A stretch of DNA of 64,000 nt from Eubacteriales bacterium (GCA_031548365.1 JAVBRD010000006.1:36030-100029), one strand, 5' to 3'. Shown: positions 9,446-19,918, numbered from the stretch's first letter. Notes: generated from the sequence alone by a model not told the origin. A program made the numbers and translations.

Positions 9446-10471
9446 GTGAGCGCCGTGATCACAGTGGCTGTTGACGTCATGGGCGGAGACAACGCGCCGT
9501 CCGCTATTGCAGAAGGCATTCGGATCGCACTTTTGGAGCTGCCTGATTTGCGCGTGCGCGCGTATGGCCCAAAGTCCCAAATTCAGTCTCTCCTGAGCGA
9601 GGGAGAGCGTCTGGCGATCTTTGACGCGCCGGAAGTCATCACCAACAACGAGCATCCCACGCAAGCGATTCGCACGAAAATTAACTCGTCTTTGGTTCAG
9701 GCCCTGTTGGCAGTCAAGGAAAAGCAGGCCGATGCGTTCGTCTCCGCAGGCAGCACCGGCGCGCTGCTCGCGGGTGCGGTTTTCCGCGTTGGGCGCATAC
9801 AAACCGTCTCTCGGCCCGCGCTCGCGCCGCTCTTTCCAACACTCAAAGGCCCGCCTGTTCTGGTGTGTGACATTGGAGCCAACATGGACTGCAAACCGGA
9901 GTATCTGGCGCAGTTTGCGGCGATGGGGTGTGCCTATATGCGCGGTGTCGCAGGTGTAAAAGAGCCAAAGTTTGCGCTGCTCAGCGTGGGTGCGGAGGAT
10001 GAAAAGGGGAACGAGCTAACCCGCGCGGCGTTTGAGCTTTTGCGCGGCAAACCTGGATTTGTGGGCAACATGGAAGCGCGCGATGTTTTGTCCGGGGAAG
10101 TTAGCGTCGTTGTGACGGACGGCTTTGCGGGCAACGTATTTCTAAAGTCTGTCGAGGGCACGGCGGGCATGATGATGGCGATCCTCAAGCAGGAACTCTC
10201 ATCCACATTCCTGACCAAAATCGGCGCAGCCCTTGCCAAGCCCGGCCTTCGCCGCATGAAAAGAAAACTCGACTACACAGAGACAGGCGGCGCACCGCTC
10301 CTCGGTGTGGACGGAATCGTGGTCAAGGCACACGGCTCATCCAATGCGCGGGCTTTCGCAAACGCCATACGGCAGTCCGTGCGGATGGCGGAAGCGGGCC
10401 TTGTCAAGGAAATTACCGGTCAGCTAATCAGTATCGCCGCCGCAAAGGCGGGGGAGGATCAGCATGTTTGA
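9446..10471 (+). CDS. plsX: phosphate acyltransferase PlsX
   Basis: ITVAVDVMGGDNAP N-terminus and full-length PlsX-like sequence. The start could be the GTG at 9446 or at 9455. Confidence 0.93.
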   Translation: MSAVITVAVDVMGGDNAPSAIAEGIRIALLELPDLRVRAYGPKSQIQSLLSEGERLAIFDAPEVITNNEHPTQAIRTKINSSLVQALLAVKEKQADAFVSAGSTGALLAGAVFRVGRIQTVSRPALAPLFPTLKGPPVLVCDIGANMDCKPEYLAQFAAMGCAYMRGVAGVKEPKFALLSVGAEDEKGNELTRAAFELLRGKPGFVGNMEARDVLSGEVSVVVTDGFAGNVFLKSVEGTAGMMMAILKQELSSTFLTKIGAALAKPGLRRMKRKLDYTETGGAPLLGVDGIVVKAHGSSNARAFANAIRQSVRMAEAGLVKEITGQLISIAAAKAGEDQHV

Positions 10472-10691
10472 AAAAATCGCGGGCATCATCGCGGGGCAGT
10501 TGAATATCGACGTTGAAAAAATTACGCTCGACTCGAGGTTGGGCGAAGACTTGAAGGCGGATTCGCTGGACATCGTGTCCATGGTTATGGAGATTGAACA
10601 GCTGTTTTCCATCGAAGTGCCCGACGAGGAACTGATGAATGTCAAGACGGTGCGGGACGTCGTCAGCTACATCGAGAAGACGGTAAAGTGA
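10464..10691 (+). CDS. acpP: acyl carrier protein
   Basis: 75 aa with the phosphopantetheine site LKADSLDIVSMVMEIE. Overlaps the plsX stop. Confidence 0.9.
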   Translation: MFEKIAGIIAGQLNIDVEKITLDSRLGEDLKADSLDIVSMVMEIEQLFSIEVPDEELMNVKTVRDVVSYIEKTVK

Positions 10692-11419
10692 GTTTGGCGT
10701 TTGATCAAGTGTATTATGCTCACAATTGGGGTGAAACATTGCGGGATCTGAACCGGCTGGAACAGAATATTGGCTACGTGTTTCGCGACAAACGTTTGCT
10801 TGAAGTCGCGCTGACACACGCATCTTGCGCCGGTTCTGATCGGTCGCTCAAGCACAACCAAAGGCTTGAGTTTTTGGGCGACTCCGTGCTTTCGCTTTGC
10901 GTGAGTCAGTGGCTGTACACCGAACACCCCGAACTGCCTGAAGGGCAGCTCACGCGTCTTCGCGCGATACTCGTGCAGGAAACCACGCTCGCCGAAGTCG
11001 GTTTTGCCCATCAAGTCGAGCAGTTCATCCGCGTCAGCCGTGGCGAAGAGCTTTCGGGCGGCGGTAAAAAACCATCCGTGGTCGCGGACGCCGTTGAGGC
11101 CCTCATCGCTGCGATATTTCTGGATGGCGGGCTTGAGAACGCGCGCGCGTTTATTCTAGGGGCCATCAAGCCGCGCCTTGAGGCAGCCAAGGAAGGCCAG
11201 CTGCGCCGGGACTGCAAGAGCGAGCTGCAAGAGATCGTTCGCAAGCGTTGGCCGGATGAGTCACCCGCGTATTCCATTCTTGAGGAGTGGGGGCCGCCGC
11301 ATGAACGGATGTTCAAGGCTGACGTCCGCTTCCTTGGCAAAGCTTGGGGTGAAGGCGAAGGCAAATCCAAAAAAATTGCGGAGCAGCGCGCCGCGCTCGC
11401 CGCGCTCAACCAGCTGTAA
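10688..11419 (+). CDS. rnc: ribonuclease III
   Basis: RNase III signature NQRLEFLGDSVL and a C-terminal dsRBD (KSELQE...GEGKSKKIAEQRAA). Confidence 0.92.
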   Translation: MSLAFDQVYYAHNWGETLRDLNRLEQNIGYVFRDKRLLEVALTHASCAGSDRSLKHNQRLEFLGDSVLSLCVSQWLYTEHPELPEGQLTRLRAILVQETTLAEVGFAHQVEQFIRVSRGEELSGGGKKPSVVADAVEALIAAIFLDGGLENARAFILGAIKPRLEAAKEGQLRRDCKSELQEIVRKRWPDESPAYSILEEWGPPHERMFKADVRFLGKAWGEGEGKSKKIAEQRAALAALNQL

Positions 11420-11586
11420 GGAAACAGGACGCGTGGGCTGATCGCGGCGGCACCGCGGCTGCCCATGGTATACCCATCGCTAAGGCGCCCTCCCACTCCG
11501 TCGTTCCCGCGTTCTTTCGCGGTTATGGCAGGAAATGGAAACTGCGCGTCGAAGTCACACCCAACAGGTGATGGAGGTGGTGTGCC

Positions 11587-11847
11587 ATGGATACATTGCG
11601 CGTGTCCACCCGATCTCAGCCAAGGGCGGTCGCGGGAGCGCTTGCGGCCATGATTCGAGACAACAAGATTGCGCACGTTGAGGCGGTTGGCGCGGGCGCG
11701 GTAAATCAGGCGGTCAAAGCCATCGCGATCGCGCGCGGTTTTGCCGCGCAGAGCGGGCAGGATTTCGTGGCGGCACCCTCGTTTTCCTCGGTTGCGATTG
11801 ACGGACAGGACGTGACATGCATCCATTTCACGGTTGAGCTCCGTTAA
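11587..11847 (+). CDS. spoVS: stage V sporulation protein S
   Basis: 86 aa. LRVSTRSQPRAVAGALA...GAGAVNQAVKAIAIARGF aligns along its length with SpoVS. Confidence 0.9.
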   Translation: MDTLRVSTRSQPRAVAGALAAMIRDNKIAHVEAVGAGAVNQAVKAIAIARGFAAQSGQDFVAAPSFSSVAIDGQDVTCIHFTVELR

Positions 11848-11897
11848 GGCAGCTGCTTAAAGCGTGTCACCTTATGAGACATTCGGAGGCCGATTCA

Positions 11898-14800
11898 TTG
11901 CACTTAAAGCATCTTGAGCTGTACGGCTTCAAATCCTTTGCCGATCGAACTGAAATGGCCTTTGGCAAAGGCATAACGGGGATTGTTGGCCCAAACGGCA
12001 GCGGCAAATCGAACATTGCCGATGCCGTTCGTTGGGTTTTGGGTGAGCAGTCCGCAAAAGCGCTGCGCGGTGGAAAGATGGAGGATGTTATATTCGCGGG
12101 CACACAGTCTCGAAAACAGCTTGCGTACTCAAAAGTCGCGCTCACGTTTGACAATCAGTCGCGCATGCTCCCGGTGGACTACGCCGAGGTCACCGTTACC
12201 CGCCGCGTATTCCGAAACGGGGAGAGCGAATACTTGCTCAACGACACGCCGTGCAGGCTCAAGGACATCATCGACATGTTACGCGACACCGGCATAGGCA
12301 AAGAAGGCTACTCACTGATCGGGCAAGGCCGCATCGACGAGATTTTATCGGTTCGTCCGGAGGATCGGCGCGCGGTGTTTGAGGAAGCGGCCGGCATCGT
12401 CAAAACCAAGACGCGCAAGCTGGAAGCCGAAAAACGGCTGGGTGCAGCGAGTGCCAACCTCGTTCGCATTGAGGATTTGCTCCAGGATTTGACCGACCAG
12501 ATCGAGCCGCTGCGCGCGCAAGCGGACAAGGCGCAGGCATGGCTCAAGCTCCGGGAGGAACTGCGCGACATCGATATCAACCTCTTTTTGCGTGAGCACG
12601 AGGCGTGGGAAGGCCGCGTTGCGCAACTGGGCGGGCAAATCGCGCAGATGGAGACCGAACGCGCCTCGCTGCGCGCTCAGCTTGAGGAAATGGGCGCTTC
12701 GCGTGAAAGCGCGCACCTAGAGGGCGAGCGGGTTTCCCGGCACCTCGCCGAGGCAAGGGAAGCGCTTCTCGCGGGGACGCGGTCCGCGGAAGCCGCGGAA
12801 GGCAGACTTGCGGTGCTGCGCGAACGCGTTATCGTGCTGGAGCGCGAGATCGCGCGCGTGACGGGTGACCGCACCGCCGCGGATCAATCGCTCTCGGGCA
12901 CGCGCGCGGCCATTGAGGCGCAAATCCAAGCTGAGAGCGGAAAAAGAGAACAGCTCGCCATTCTGGCAGAGAGGAAGCGCGTCGCGGAATGCGAGATCAA
13001 TCGGCTCGCGGCGAGTGAGGCAGAAGCTGAGGAACTGCTCGATAGCGCGAAAACCGCCCGGCTCAACGCCATCAACCGCGCTTCCGACGCCAAAGCGGCG
13101 GAGGCGCGCCTGCTCGCGATTCGGGAGCAGCTCTCGCGCAGCCTTGCTGATGCGCAGGCGAACGCGGTCGCCCTTCGCGAGGGGCTTCCCGCTCGAATAG
13201 ACGACGCGCGCGACGCAGAGGAAAAGCTGACGCGGTCCGCGCTCGCGCTTGACAGCATCCGTCAGGAGCTCGCGGGTGCGCAGAAGCAATCTGACGAAGA
13301 AGCAAAGCGCATCGCGGAGCTCGACGATCTCGCCCGAAACCTCGAGGGCAAGGAGCGTGAGCTCAAATCGCGCCTCAAGATGCTCGAAGAAATGGCGCGC
13401 GATTACGAAGGCTATGGGCAAAGCGTCAAGGCTGTCATGCGTGAAGCGGAGAAACGCGGAGACGCGGGCGTTCGCGGCGTTGTGGCCACATTGATGGAAG
13501 TTCCGCGCGAGCTTGAACGCGCTATTGAGATGAGCTTGGGCGGCCAGATGCAGAACATCGTCGTTAATCGTGAAGAGGACGCCAAAGCGATGATCGAGTT
13601 CTTGCGCACAGCGCGGCTGGGTCGCGCGACATTCCTGCCGCTCTGCGCGATGCGTCCACGGCTGCTCTCGCCGGCGGAGCGCGCCTGCCTTACCCTGCCC
13701 GGTTGCGTCGGCATCGCGAGTGAGCTCGTATCGTATGCGCCGGAGTTTAGGCCGGTGATGGAGAGCTTGCTTGGGCGAACGGTCGTCGCGCGCGATCTGG
13801 ACAGCGGCATCGCCATCATGCGCAAGGGCCAGCACGCGTTCCGCTTGGTCACGCTCGAAGGTGACGTGATGCATTCCGGCGGCTCCATGACGGGCGGCAG
13901 TGTGCAGTCGCGCATGACCAGCCTGCTCTCCCGCGAGCGTGAGATCGCCGAGCACTCGGGCGCGTGCGCGGAGAACGCGGCGCAGCGGGCAAAAGCGGCG
14001 CAGGAGATCGCGTTGGCGCGTGAAAAGCGTGTAATGACCAAGGAGCGCTTGGTCGAGCTTTACGAGAGCGAGCGTCAGGCGGACATCCTGCTCACACGCG
14101 ATACGCAGAGCCTTGCGCTCTTGCGCGAGCGCAAGGATGAGTATGAACTCAAAATTACTGATGCGGAAAACGGCCTCGCGCAAGTTGCCGATTCGATTGC
14201 CGACATCGACGCCGAACTGACCAAGCGCAAGACGGAGACCTCAGACGTCGCGCTGAGCGAGGAAGAGTGGGCACGGGACATCGAAGCAAAGCAGGAGACG
14301 GCGCGTCGTACCCGTGCCGCGCTTGAGCAGGCGCGCACGGAGCACGCTTCACTCAGTGTCGATCTGGCGACCGCTGAACACGAGCTGTCCTCGCTAGCGC
14401 GCGAACTTGCGCGTCTTAGGGACGAGTCGGTCAGGGGCGAGGGGCACACAGAGCGCATGCTGAATGAACAGCAGCGGCTTGAGGGGGAGCGTGTCCATAC
14501 GGATGCGGAGCTGACGGGCGCCACGACCGAACTTGCGCAGGTCAAAGGGCATCTTGAGGTCGTGAGGGTTCGCGCGGCGGAGCTTGAGACCGGGTTTGAG
14601 GAGCTGGGCGCGCGGGAACGCGACTTGAGTGAAGCCATTGAGAAACTACACGCAAGAGTGGAATCGTCGGGCGAAGGTATTCACCGTGCGCAGCTCGCGT
14701 TAGAGCGCGTGGAGAGCGACAAGAAGGCTTTGATTGAACGCGTGTGGAATGAGTACGAGCTGACATTCGGAAACGCGCGGACGTTCTTTCGCGAAGACTT

Positions 14801-15464
14801 TGAGGAAAAGGGCGCAAAGAAGCGCGTCGAGGAGATCCGCGCCCAAGTCCGCGCGCTCGGACCGGTCAATGTGCACGCCATCGACGAGCACCAGCGCGTA
14901 TTCGATCGCTTTGAGCTGCTGAAAACGCAGAGGGACGACGTTATTTGCGCACGAAATGATCTTGAAAAGATCATCGCGGAGCTCGTTCGGCACATGGAAA
15001 TGCAATTCAAGGAGCAATTCGCGCTCTTGAACGGGCATTTCGGGCGCGTTTTCTCCGTGCTTTTCGGCGGGGGAACGGCGGAGCTCGTGCTGCAGGACGA
15101 GCGTGATGTGCTGAATTGCGGCATCGATGTGGTCGCGCAGCCGCCGGGCAAAAAACTGCAAATGTTGTCCCTGCTCTCAGGCGGGGAACGAGCGCTCACG
15201 GCAATCGCCATATTGTTCGCGATGCTTAGCATCAAGCCCACGCCGTTCTGCATCCTTGATGAAATCGAGGCCGCGCTCGACGACGCCAACATCGAGCATT
15301 TCGCGGACTTTCTCGCACAGTTTTCACTCACCACGCAGTTCATCGTCGTCACGCACAGGAAACCCACCATGGAGCGGTGCGACGTGCTGTATGGTATTGC
15401 CATGGAAGAAAAAGGCGTATCACGCATGGTTTCCGTGCGTTTGACCGACCAAAAGGAGGCGTAG
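11898..15464 (+). CDS. smc: chromosome segregation protein SMC
   Basis: N-terminal LKHLELYGFKSF..GPNGSGKSN, long coiled coils, hinge, C-terminal LSGGERALTAIAILFA..ILDEIEAALD. I prefer the TTG at 11898 (GGAGG 8 nt upstream) to the ATG at 11874. Confidence 0.95.
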   Translation: MHLKHLELYGFKSFADRTEMAFGKGITGIVGPNGSGKSNIADAVRWVLGEQSAKALRGGKMEDVIFAGTQSRKQLAYSKVALTFDNQSRMLPVDYAEVTVTRRVFRNGESEYLLNDTPCRLKDIIDMLRDTGIGKEGYSLIGQGRIDEILSVRPEDRRAVFEEAAGIVKTKTRKLEAEKRLGAASANLVRIEDLLQDLTDQIEPLRAQADKAQAWLKLREELRDIDINLFLREHEAWEGRVAQLGGQIAQMETERASLRAQLEEMGASRESAHLEGERVSRHLAEAREALLAGTRSAEAAEGRLAVLRERVIVLEREIARVTGDRTAADQSLSGTRAAIEAQIQAESGKREQLAILAERKRVAECEINRLAASEAEAEELLDSAKTARLNAINRASDAKAAEARLLAIREQLSRSLADAQANAVALREGLPARIDDARDAEEKLTRSALALDSIRQELAGAQKQSDEEAKRIAELDDLARNLEGKERELKSRLKMLEEMARDYEGYGQSVKAVMREAEKRGDAGVRGVVATLMEVPRELERAIEMSLGGQMQNIVVNREEDAKAMIEFLRTARLGRATFLPLCAMRPRLLSPAERACLTLPGCVGIASELVSYAPEFRPVMESLLGRTVVARDLDSGIAIMRKGQHAFRLVTLEGDVMHSGGSMTGGSVQSRMTSLLSREREIAEHSGACAENAAQRAKAAQEIALAREKRVMTKERLVELYESERQADILLTRDTQSLALLRERKDEYELKITDAENGLAQVADSIADIDAELTKRKTETSDVALSEEEWARDIEAKQETARRTRAALEQARTEHASLSVDLATAEHELSSLARELARLRDESVRGEGHTERMLNEQQRLEGERVHTDAELTGATTELAQVKGHLEVVRVRAAELETGFEELGARERDLSEAIEKLHARVESSGEGIHRAQLALERVESDKKALIERVWNEYELTFGNARTFFREDFEEKGAKKRVEEIRAQVRALGPVNVHAIDEHQRVFDRFELLKTQRDDVICARNDLEKIIAELVRHMEMQFKEQFALLNGHFGRVFSVLFGGGTAELVLQDERDVLNCGIDVVAQPPGKKLQMLSLLSGGERALTAIAILFAMLSIKPTPFCILDEIEAALDDANIEHFADFLAQFSLTTQFIVVTHRKPTMERCDVLYGIAMEEKGVSRMVSVRLTDQKEA

Positions 15465-15466
15465 CC

Positions 15467-16384
15467 TTGGAAACCCCTGAAAAAAAAGGTTTCTTTTCGC
15501 GGCTCAAGGAATCGCTCAGCAAGACTCAGCAGAGCATTTCCGGCAAAATGGAGCAGCTCTTTAAGAACACACGCGAGATAGACGACGAGTTTTACGAGGA
15601 GCTTGAGTCCATCCTTCTGCAGGCCGATATCGGAGTCAAAATGACGACCGCTGTGCTGGATGAGCTGAAGAGCGCCGTCAAGAAACAACACATCAAGGAA
15701 GCCGATAAAGCGCGTGAGATCATCCGCGAAGCGATGATTGCGCGCATTGCCGCGCCCGAACCTTTTGTCCCAGGCAAAACCGCCGTCCTGCTCATCGTGG
15801 GCGTCAACGGCGTGGGTAAAACGACCATGATCGGCAAGCTCGCCGCCATGTACAAAAAAGCAGGCCGGAAGCCGCTCATCGCAGCCGCGGACACATTCCG
15901 CGCCGCCGCCGCCGAACAGCTTTCCATTTGGGCGGAACGCGCGGACGTGCCCATCATCAAGCATGGTGAGGGCGCGGACCCGGCTGCTGTCGTCTTTGAC
16001 GCGATATCGGGTGCAAGAGCCAGGGGTTGCGACCTCATCCTCGTCGATACTGCGGGCCGCCTCCAGAACAAGACGCACCTGATGGAGGAACTCAAGAAAA
16101 TCCACCGTGTGATCGCCCGCGAAGCCGCCGACGCCGATATTCGCTCGCTGCTCGTCATGGACGCGACCACGGGCCAAAATGGCCTTGTGCAGGCCAAAGT
16201 GTTCACCGACGCCGTCTCGCTTGACGGCATCATCATCACCAAACTCGACGGCACAGCCAAAGGTGGCGTCGCCATCGCCGTCAAGGAAGAGCTTTCGCTG
16301 CCGGTGCGTTTCATCGGCGTGGGGGAAGGGTTGGACGACCTGCAAGCGTTTGACGCGCGGTCGTTTGTCGAAGCCATATTCTGA
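15467..16384 (+). CDS. ftsY: signal recognition particle receptor FtsY
   Basis: GVNGVGKTTMIGKLA, DTAGR, TKLDGTAKGG motifs. TTG at 15467 follows AAAGGAGG, and the smc stop is at 15462-15464. The track start at 15377 would overlap smc by 88 nt. Confidence 0.92.
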   Translation: METPEKKGFFSRLKESLSKTQQSISGKMEQLFKNTREIDDEFYEELESILLQADIGVKMTTAVLDELKSAVKKQHIKEADKAREIIREAMIARIAAPEPFVPGKTAVLLIVGVNGVGKTTMIGKLAAMYKKAGRKPLIAAADTFRAAAAEQLSIWAERADVPIIKHGEGADPAAVVFDAISGARARGCDLILVDTAGRLQNKTHLMEELKKIHRVIAREAADADIRSLLVMDATTGQNGLVQAKVFTDAVSLDGIIITKLDGTAKGGVAIAVKEELSLPVRFIGVGEGLDDLQAFDARSFVEAIF

Positions 16385-16402
16385 TTATCGGGAGGCCACA
16401 TC

Positions 16403-17143
16403 ATGTCAGGACACTCAAAATGGGCCAATATCAAGCACAAGAAGGAAAAGACCGATTCACAGCGCGGCAAGGTATTCACAAAAATTGGCCGCGAGCTTGC
16501 CGCCGTCGTGCGCGAAGGTGGCGGCGACCCCGTTTCGAATACGCGCCTGCGCGACGTTATCGCTAAAGCCAAGGCGAGCAACGTGCCCAATGACACGATC
16601 GAGCGAGCGATCAAAAAAGCCGCGGGAGAGCTTGGGGACGTCGTCTATGAGCACATCACGTATGAAGGCTATGCGCCAGGGGGCGTCGCCGTTATCGTCG
16701 AGTGTCTGACCGAGAACCGCAACCGCACCGCGTCCGATGTCCGCCACTATTTCGACAAGTGTGGCGGGAGTCTCGGCACCACGGGGTGCGTGGGCTATAT
16801 GTTCGACCGCCGGGGAATCCTTGTCGTCGAACGCTCCGCGATGGACCCGGATCAGCTCATGGAAATGGCGGTCGAAGCCGGCGCGTCCGATTTCGCCGAG
16901 ATGGACGAGGTTTACGAGATCACAACCGATCCCTCCGATTTTTCCGCCGTTCGCGATGCGCTGGCCCAAAGCGGCATTTCCTTCCTCTCCGCCGAAATCG
17001 AGATGATCCCTCAGAATACCGCCAAACCTGAGGGAGAGAACCTTGAAAGCGTGCTCAAGATGATTGGCCTGCTCGACGACCTCGACGACGTGCAAAACGT
17101 CTACCACAACGCAGAGCTGCCCGAGGAACCTGAAGAAGATTAG
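16403..17143 (+). CDS. YebC/PmpR family transcriptional regulator
   Basis: MSGHSKWANIKHKK N-terminus and full-length family pattern. Confidence 0.9.
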   Translation: MSGHSKWANIKHKKEKTDSQRGKVFTKIGRELAAVVREGGGDPVSNTRLRDVIAKAKASNVPNDTIERAIKKAAGELGDVVYEHITYEGYAPGGVAVIVECLTENRNRTASDVRHYFDKCGGSLGTTGCVGYMFDRRGILVVERSAMDPDQLMEMAVEAGASDFAEMDEVYEITTDPSDFSAVRDALAQSGISFLSAEIEMIPQNTAKPEGENLESVLKMIGLLDDLDDVQNVYHNAELPEEPEED

Positions 17144-17156
17144 GGAGGCGCCGGCT

Positions 17157-18668
17157 GTGTCCAAAGCCACGATCACCGTTAACCGCGAGTACACGCGCGG
17201 CAAGATCGACCCGCGCATCTACGGTTCGTTCATTGAGCACCTTGGGCGTGGTGTGTACGACGGCATTTTCGAACCGTCCCATCCGAGCGCGGATGAAAAC
17301 GGCTTCAGGCGCGACGTGATTGAGGCGGTCGCGCCGCTCAACGTCCCGATTGTCCGGTATCCGGGCGGCAACTTTGTTTCGGGCTACAGTTGGAGAGACG
17401 GCGTGGGGCCGGTAGAATCAAGGCCGCGCAGGCTTGAGCTGGCGTGGCATGTAACCGAGACCAACCGTTTCGGAACCAATGAGTTCATGAAGTGGTGTTC
17501 CCTTGCCGGGACGGAAGCGATGCTCGCGGTCAATCTTGGCACGGGCACGCCCGCGGAAGCCGCCGCGTTTGTCGAGTACTGCAACCATCCGGGCGGGACG
17601 CAGCTTTCCGAAATGCGCGCGGCGCACGGAGTGAAGCATCCGTATGGCGTTAGAACGTGGTGTCTTGGCAACGAGATGGATGGTCCATGGCAGATTTGTG
17701 CGCAGACGTCCGCCGAGTATGGCCGAAAGGCATGCGAAGCCGCTAAAATGATGAAATGGGTCGATCCATCGATCGAGCTTGTCGCGTGCGGCAGCTCATC
17801 GCCTCACATGAAAACGTATCCCGAGTGGGACAGGACGGTGCTCGAGCACACGTACGAGCACGTCGACTTCATCTCAATGCACCGCTATTATGGCCCGAAC
17901 AAAAGCGTCGATGGATCGATGGCCGATTTTTTGACGTCGTTTGCCGACATGGGCCGCTTCATCGACACGGTGGCCGCGTGCGCCGATTATGTCAAAGCGC
18001 TCAAAAGGTCGACAAAGACACTCAGTATCTCTTTTGACGAATGGAATGTGTGGTATAACACGCGCGGTGTAAGCACCGCGGAGCGCTGGGCTGAGGTTGC
18101 GCCCATCCACGAGCAAAGCTATACCATGCTGGACGCGCTGGTCTTTGGCGGCCTTATTTGTGAGTTGATCAATCACGGTGACCGGGTCAGGATGGCGTGC
18201 CTCGCGCAGCTCATCAACTGCCTTGCGCCCATACTCACTGTGCCTGGAGGCGGCATTTGCCTCATGCCCACGTACTACCCGTACCTGCACGCATCGACCA
18301 TGGGGCGCGGAGAGTCGCTCATCGCGCGCTACAAGGGACCGATTGTGGAGTCCAAACTCAACGGAGACGCCCCCGCCCTTCAGACAGCGTTCACCTACGA
18401 TGAGGCCAACGGCACCTTAAGCATGTTTGCGGTCAACATTACGAAGGAACCTGTTGATGTTGCGATTTCGCTTCAGGGTTTTCGGGCAGGCGTTCAGCCG
18501 GGACAATGCCTGACTATGCACAGTGCCGACCTAAACGCGACCAATCGCGCGGGGGAGACGCCCGCCGTTGCTCCCGCGCAAGGAGCTGCGGCGCGTGTTG
18601 AGGATGGCGTGGCACACGTTGCTCTCGCGCCGCTCTCGTGGAACGTTGTGCGTTTCACCGGCGCATAG
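17157..18668 (+). CDS. abfA: alpha-L-arabinofuranosidase (GH51)
   Basis: IDPRIYGSFIEHLGR..VRYPGGNFVSGYSWRDGVGP..WCLGNEMDGPWQ. GTG at 17157 follows GGAGG just after the yebC stop. The track start at 17064 lies inside yebC. Confidence 0.85.
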   Translation: MSKATITVNREYTRGKIDPRIYGSFIEHLGRGVYDGIFEPSHPSADENGFRRDVIEAVAPLNVPIVRYPGGNFVSGYSWRDGVGPVESRPRRLELAWHVTETNRFGTNEFMKWCSLAGTEAMLAVNLGTGTPAEAAAFVEYCNHPGGTQLSEMRAAHGVKHPYGVRTWCLGNEMDGPWQICAQTSAEYGRKACEAAKMMKWVDPSIELVACGSSSPHMKTYPEWDRTVLEHTYEHVDFISMHRYYGPNKSVDGSMADFLTSFADMGRFIDTVAACADYVKALKRSTKTLSISFDEWNVWYNTRGVSTAERWAEVAPIHEQSYTMLDALVFGGLICELINHGDRVRMACLAQLINCLAPILTVPGGGICLMPTYYPYLHASTMGRGESLIARYKGPIVESKLNGDAPALQTAFTYDEANGTLSMFAVNITKEPVDVAISLQGFRAGVQPGQCLTMHSADLNATNRAGETPAVAPAQGAAARVEDGVAHVALAPLSWNVVRFTGA

Positions 18669-18875
18669 TTTCAGATTGCCGGCAAAGCTGAATGGCGACT
18701 TGATTTTCCCGGTGATCAGCAAGTACCCACTGGTTCTTGCGGCAAAACGAAGCGTGAGGTTTGCGGCATGTGCGCCAAACCTCACGCTTCCTATTGGTTG
18801 TGGTGTCGTACCGGAGCACAAGAGATGGGTATAACATCACGTTGAAAGGCTGAGAGCAATCTCGGCCGTTTGCAT

Positions 18876-19427
18876 TTAGCTGGGCTGATCTTCGATGGAG
18901 TAAAGAAGGTAGTCTCCGCTAAGGCTTTCGTAGTCAGGAAATGTCCTGTGCTGTGTGCCGATGTATTGCATGCCCGCCTTGCTTAGCACCCTCCCGCTCG
19001 CGGGGTTGTCCACATGGTGGCGTGAGTGAATCGTTTTAAAACCAACCGTTTTGAACGCGAACTCGATCACACCTTTCACGGCTTCGGTCATGTATCCTTT
19101 GTTCCAGTACGGTCTGCTGAGCAGGTAATGGATAGCGCAGGATTTTTTTTCGCAGACAATCTCGTTTAGGTAAAGGTAGCCGATCGGCTCATCGCTACTG
19201 CGGAGCACGATGATCCAGTGGTAAACGTCCGCTCTTTGGCCATCTTCAACCCAGGTTTGCAGTAGCGCCCTGGTTTCCTCAATGCTCTTGTGCGGTTCCC
19301 AGCCCCAGAAGCGCGTGACCTCCCGATCCGTCACCCAGTTCCGGTACATGCCCTCCGCGTCTGACGTTTCGTATTTTCGCAGCACAAGGCGATCGGTTTG
19401 GATCGTTTGCGTTCCCTTGTGAAGCAA
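18876..19427 (-). CDS. GNAT family N-acetyltransferase (RimJ/RimL-like)
   Basis: TDRLVLRKYETSDAEGMYRNW...NPASGRVLSKAGMQY fits the Acetyltransf_3 / RimL-RimJ pattern. GC content looks lower than in the neighbouring genes. Confidence 0.8.
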   Translation of the reverse strand: MLHKGTQTIQTDRLVLRKYETSDAEGMYRNWVTDREVTRFWGWEPHKSIEETRALLQTWVEDGQRADVYHWIIVLRSSDEPIGYLYLNEIVCEKKSCAIHYLLSRPYWNKGYMTEAVKGVIEFAFKTVGFKTIHSRHHVDNPASGRVLSKAGMQYIGTQHRTFPDYESLSGDYLLYSIEDQPS

Positions 19428-19448
19428 TCGGTTGCACCTCCATGATGC

Positions 19449-19478
19449 AAAAAAGCGGCGAAGCGCATGCGCTCCGCC
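19449..19478 (-). terminator. rho-independent terminator after rplL
   Basis: Minus strand GGCGGAGCGC-ATGC-GCGCTTCGCC followed by TTTTTT. Confidence 0.6.
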
Positions 19479-19495
19479 GTTGTTTGCTGGTGGAA

Positions 19496-19870
19496 TTATT
19501 TGATCTCGATGGTGGCGCCGACTTCGACGAACTTGGCCTTGATCTTCTCGGCCTCTTCCTTGTTGACGCCTTCTTTGATGGGCTTCGGAGCGCCGTCAAC
19601 GAGGTCCTTGGCTTCTTTGAGGCCCAGGCCGGAGATGACTTCACGGACAACCTTGATGACCTTGATCTTCTCAGCGCCGGCATCCTTGAGGATGACGTCG
19701 AACTCGGTCTTCTCCTCGACAGGAGCGGCTGCGGCGGCGGGCGCGGCGGCGGCTACGCCCACGGGCGCGGCGGCGGAAACGCCGAACTTCTCTTCAAGGG
19801 CCTTGACGAGCTCGGCCAGCTCAAGAACGGTCATGGTTTCAATAGCGGAAATGAGTTCTTCGCGAGTCAT
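19496..19870 (-). CDS. rplL: 50S ribosomal protein L7/L12
   Basis: [31 protein letters not shown]...[18 protein letters not shown]. The ATG at 19870 is preceded by GGAGG. Confidence 0.95.
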   Translation of the reverse strand: MTREELISAIETMTVLELAELVKALEEKFGVSAAAPVGVAAAAPAAAAAPVEEKTEFDVILKDAGAEKIKVIKVVREVISGLGLKEAKDLVDGAPKPIKEGVNKEEAEKIKAKFVEVGATIEIK

Positions 19871-19918
19871 TTGAAAAAACCTCCATAAATTTGTAGTCAA
19901 TTGGCGGACGGCGGATTC

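Noticed and set aside
9079-9474. 131-aa ORF overlapping rpmF in another frame
   Set aside because: rpmF is unambiguous, and the overlapping frame is Arg/Ser-rich with no support.
12717-14183. 488-aa ORF antisense to smc
   Set aside because: It lies entirely inside the well-supported smc gene. It is Arg/Ala/Leu-rich and low-complexity, has no RBS and no recognisable domain. This is a typical shadow ORF of GC-rich DNA.
14681-16345. 554-aa ORF antisense across smc and ftsY
   Set aside because: It spans two confidently called plus-strand genes and their junction. Its composition is biased and no motifs are present, so I treat it as a GC-driven artefact.
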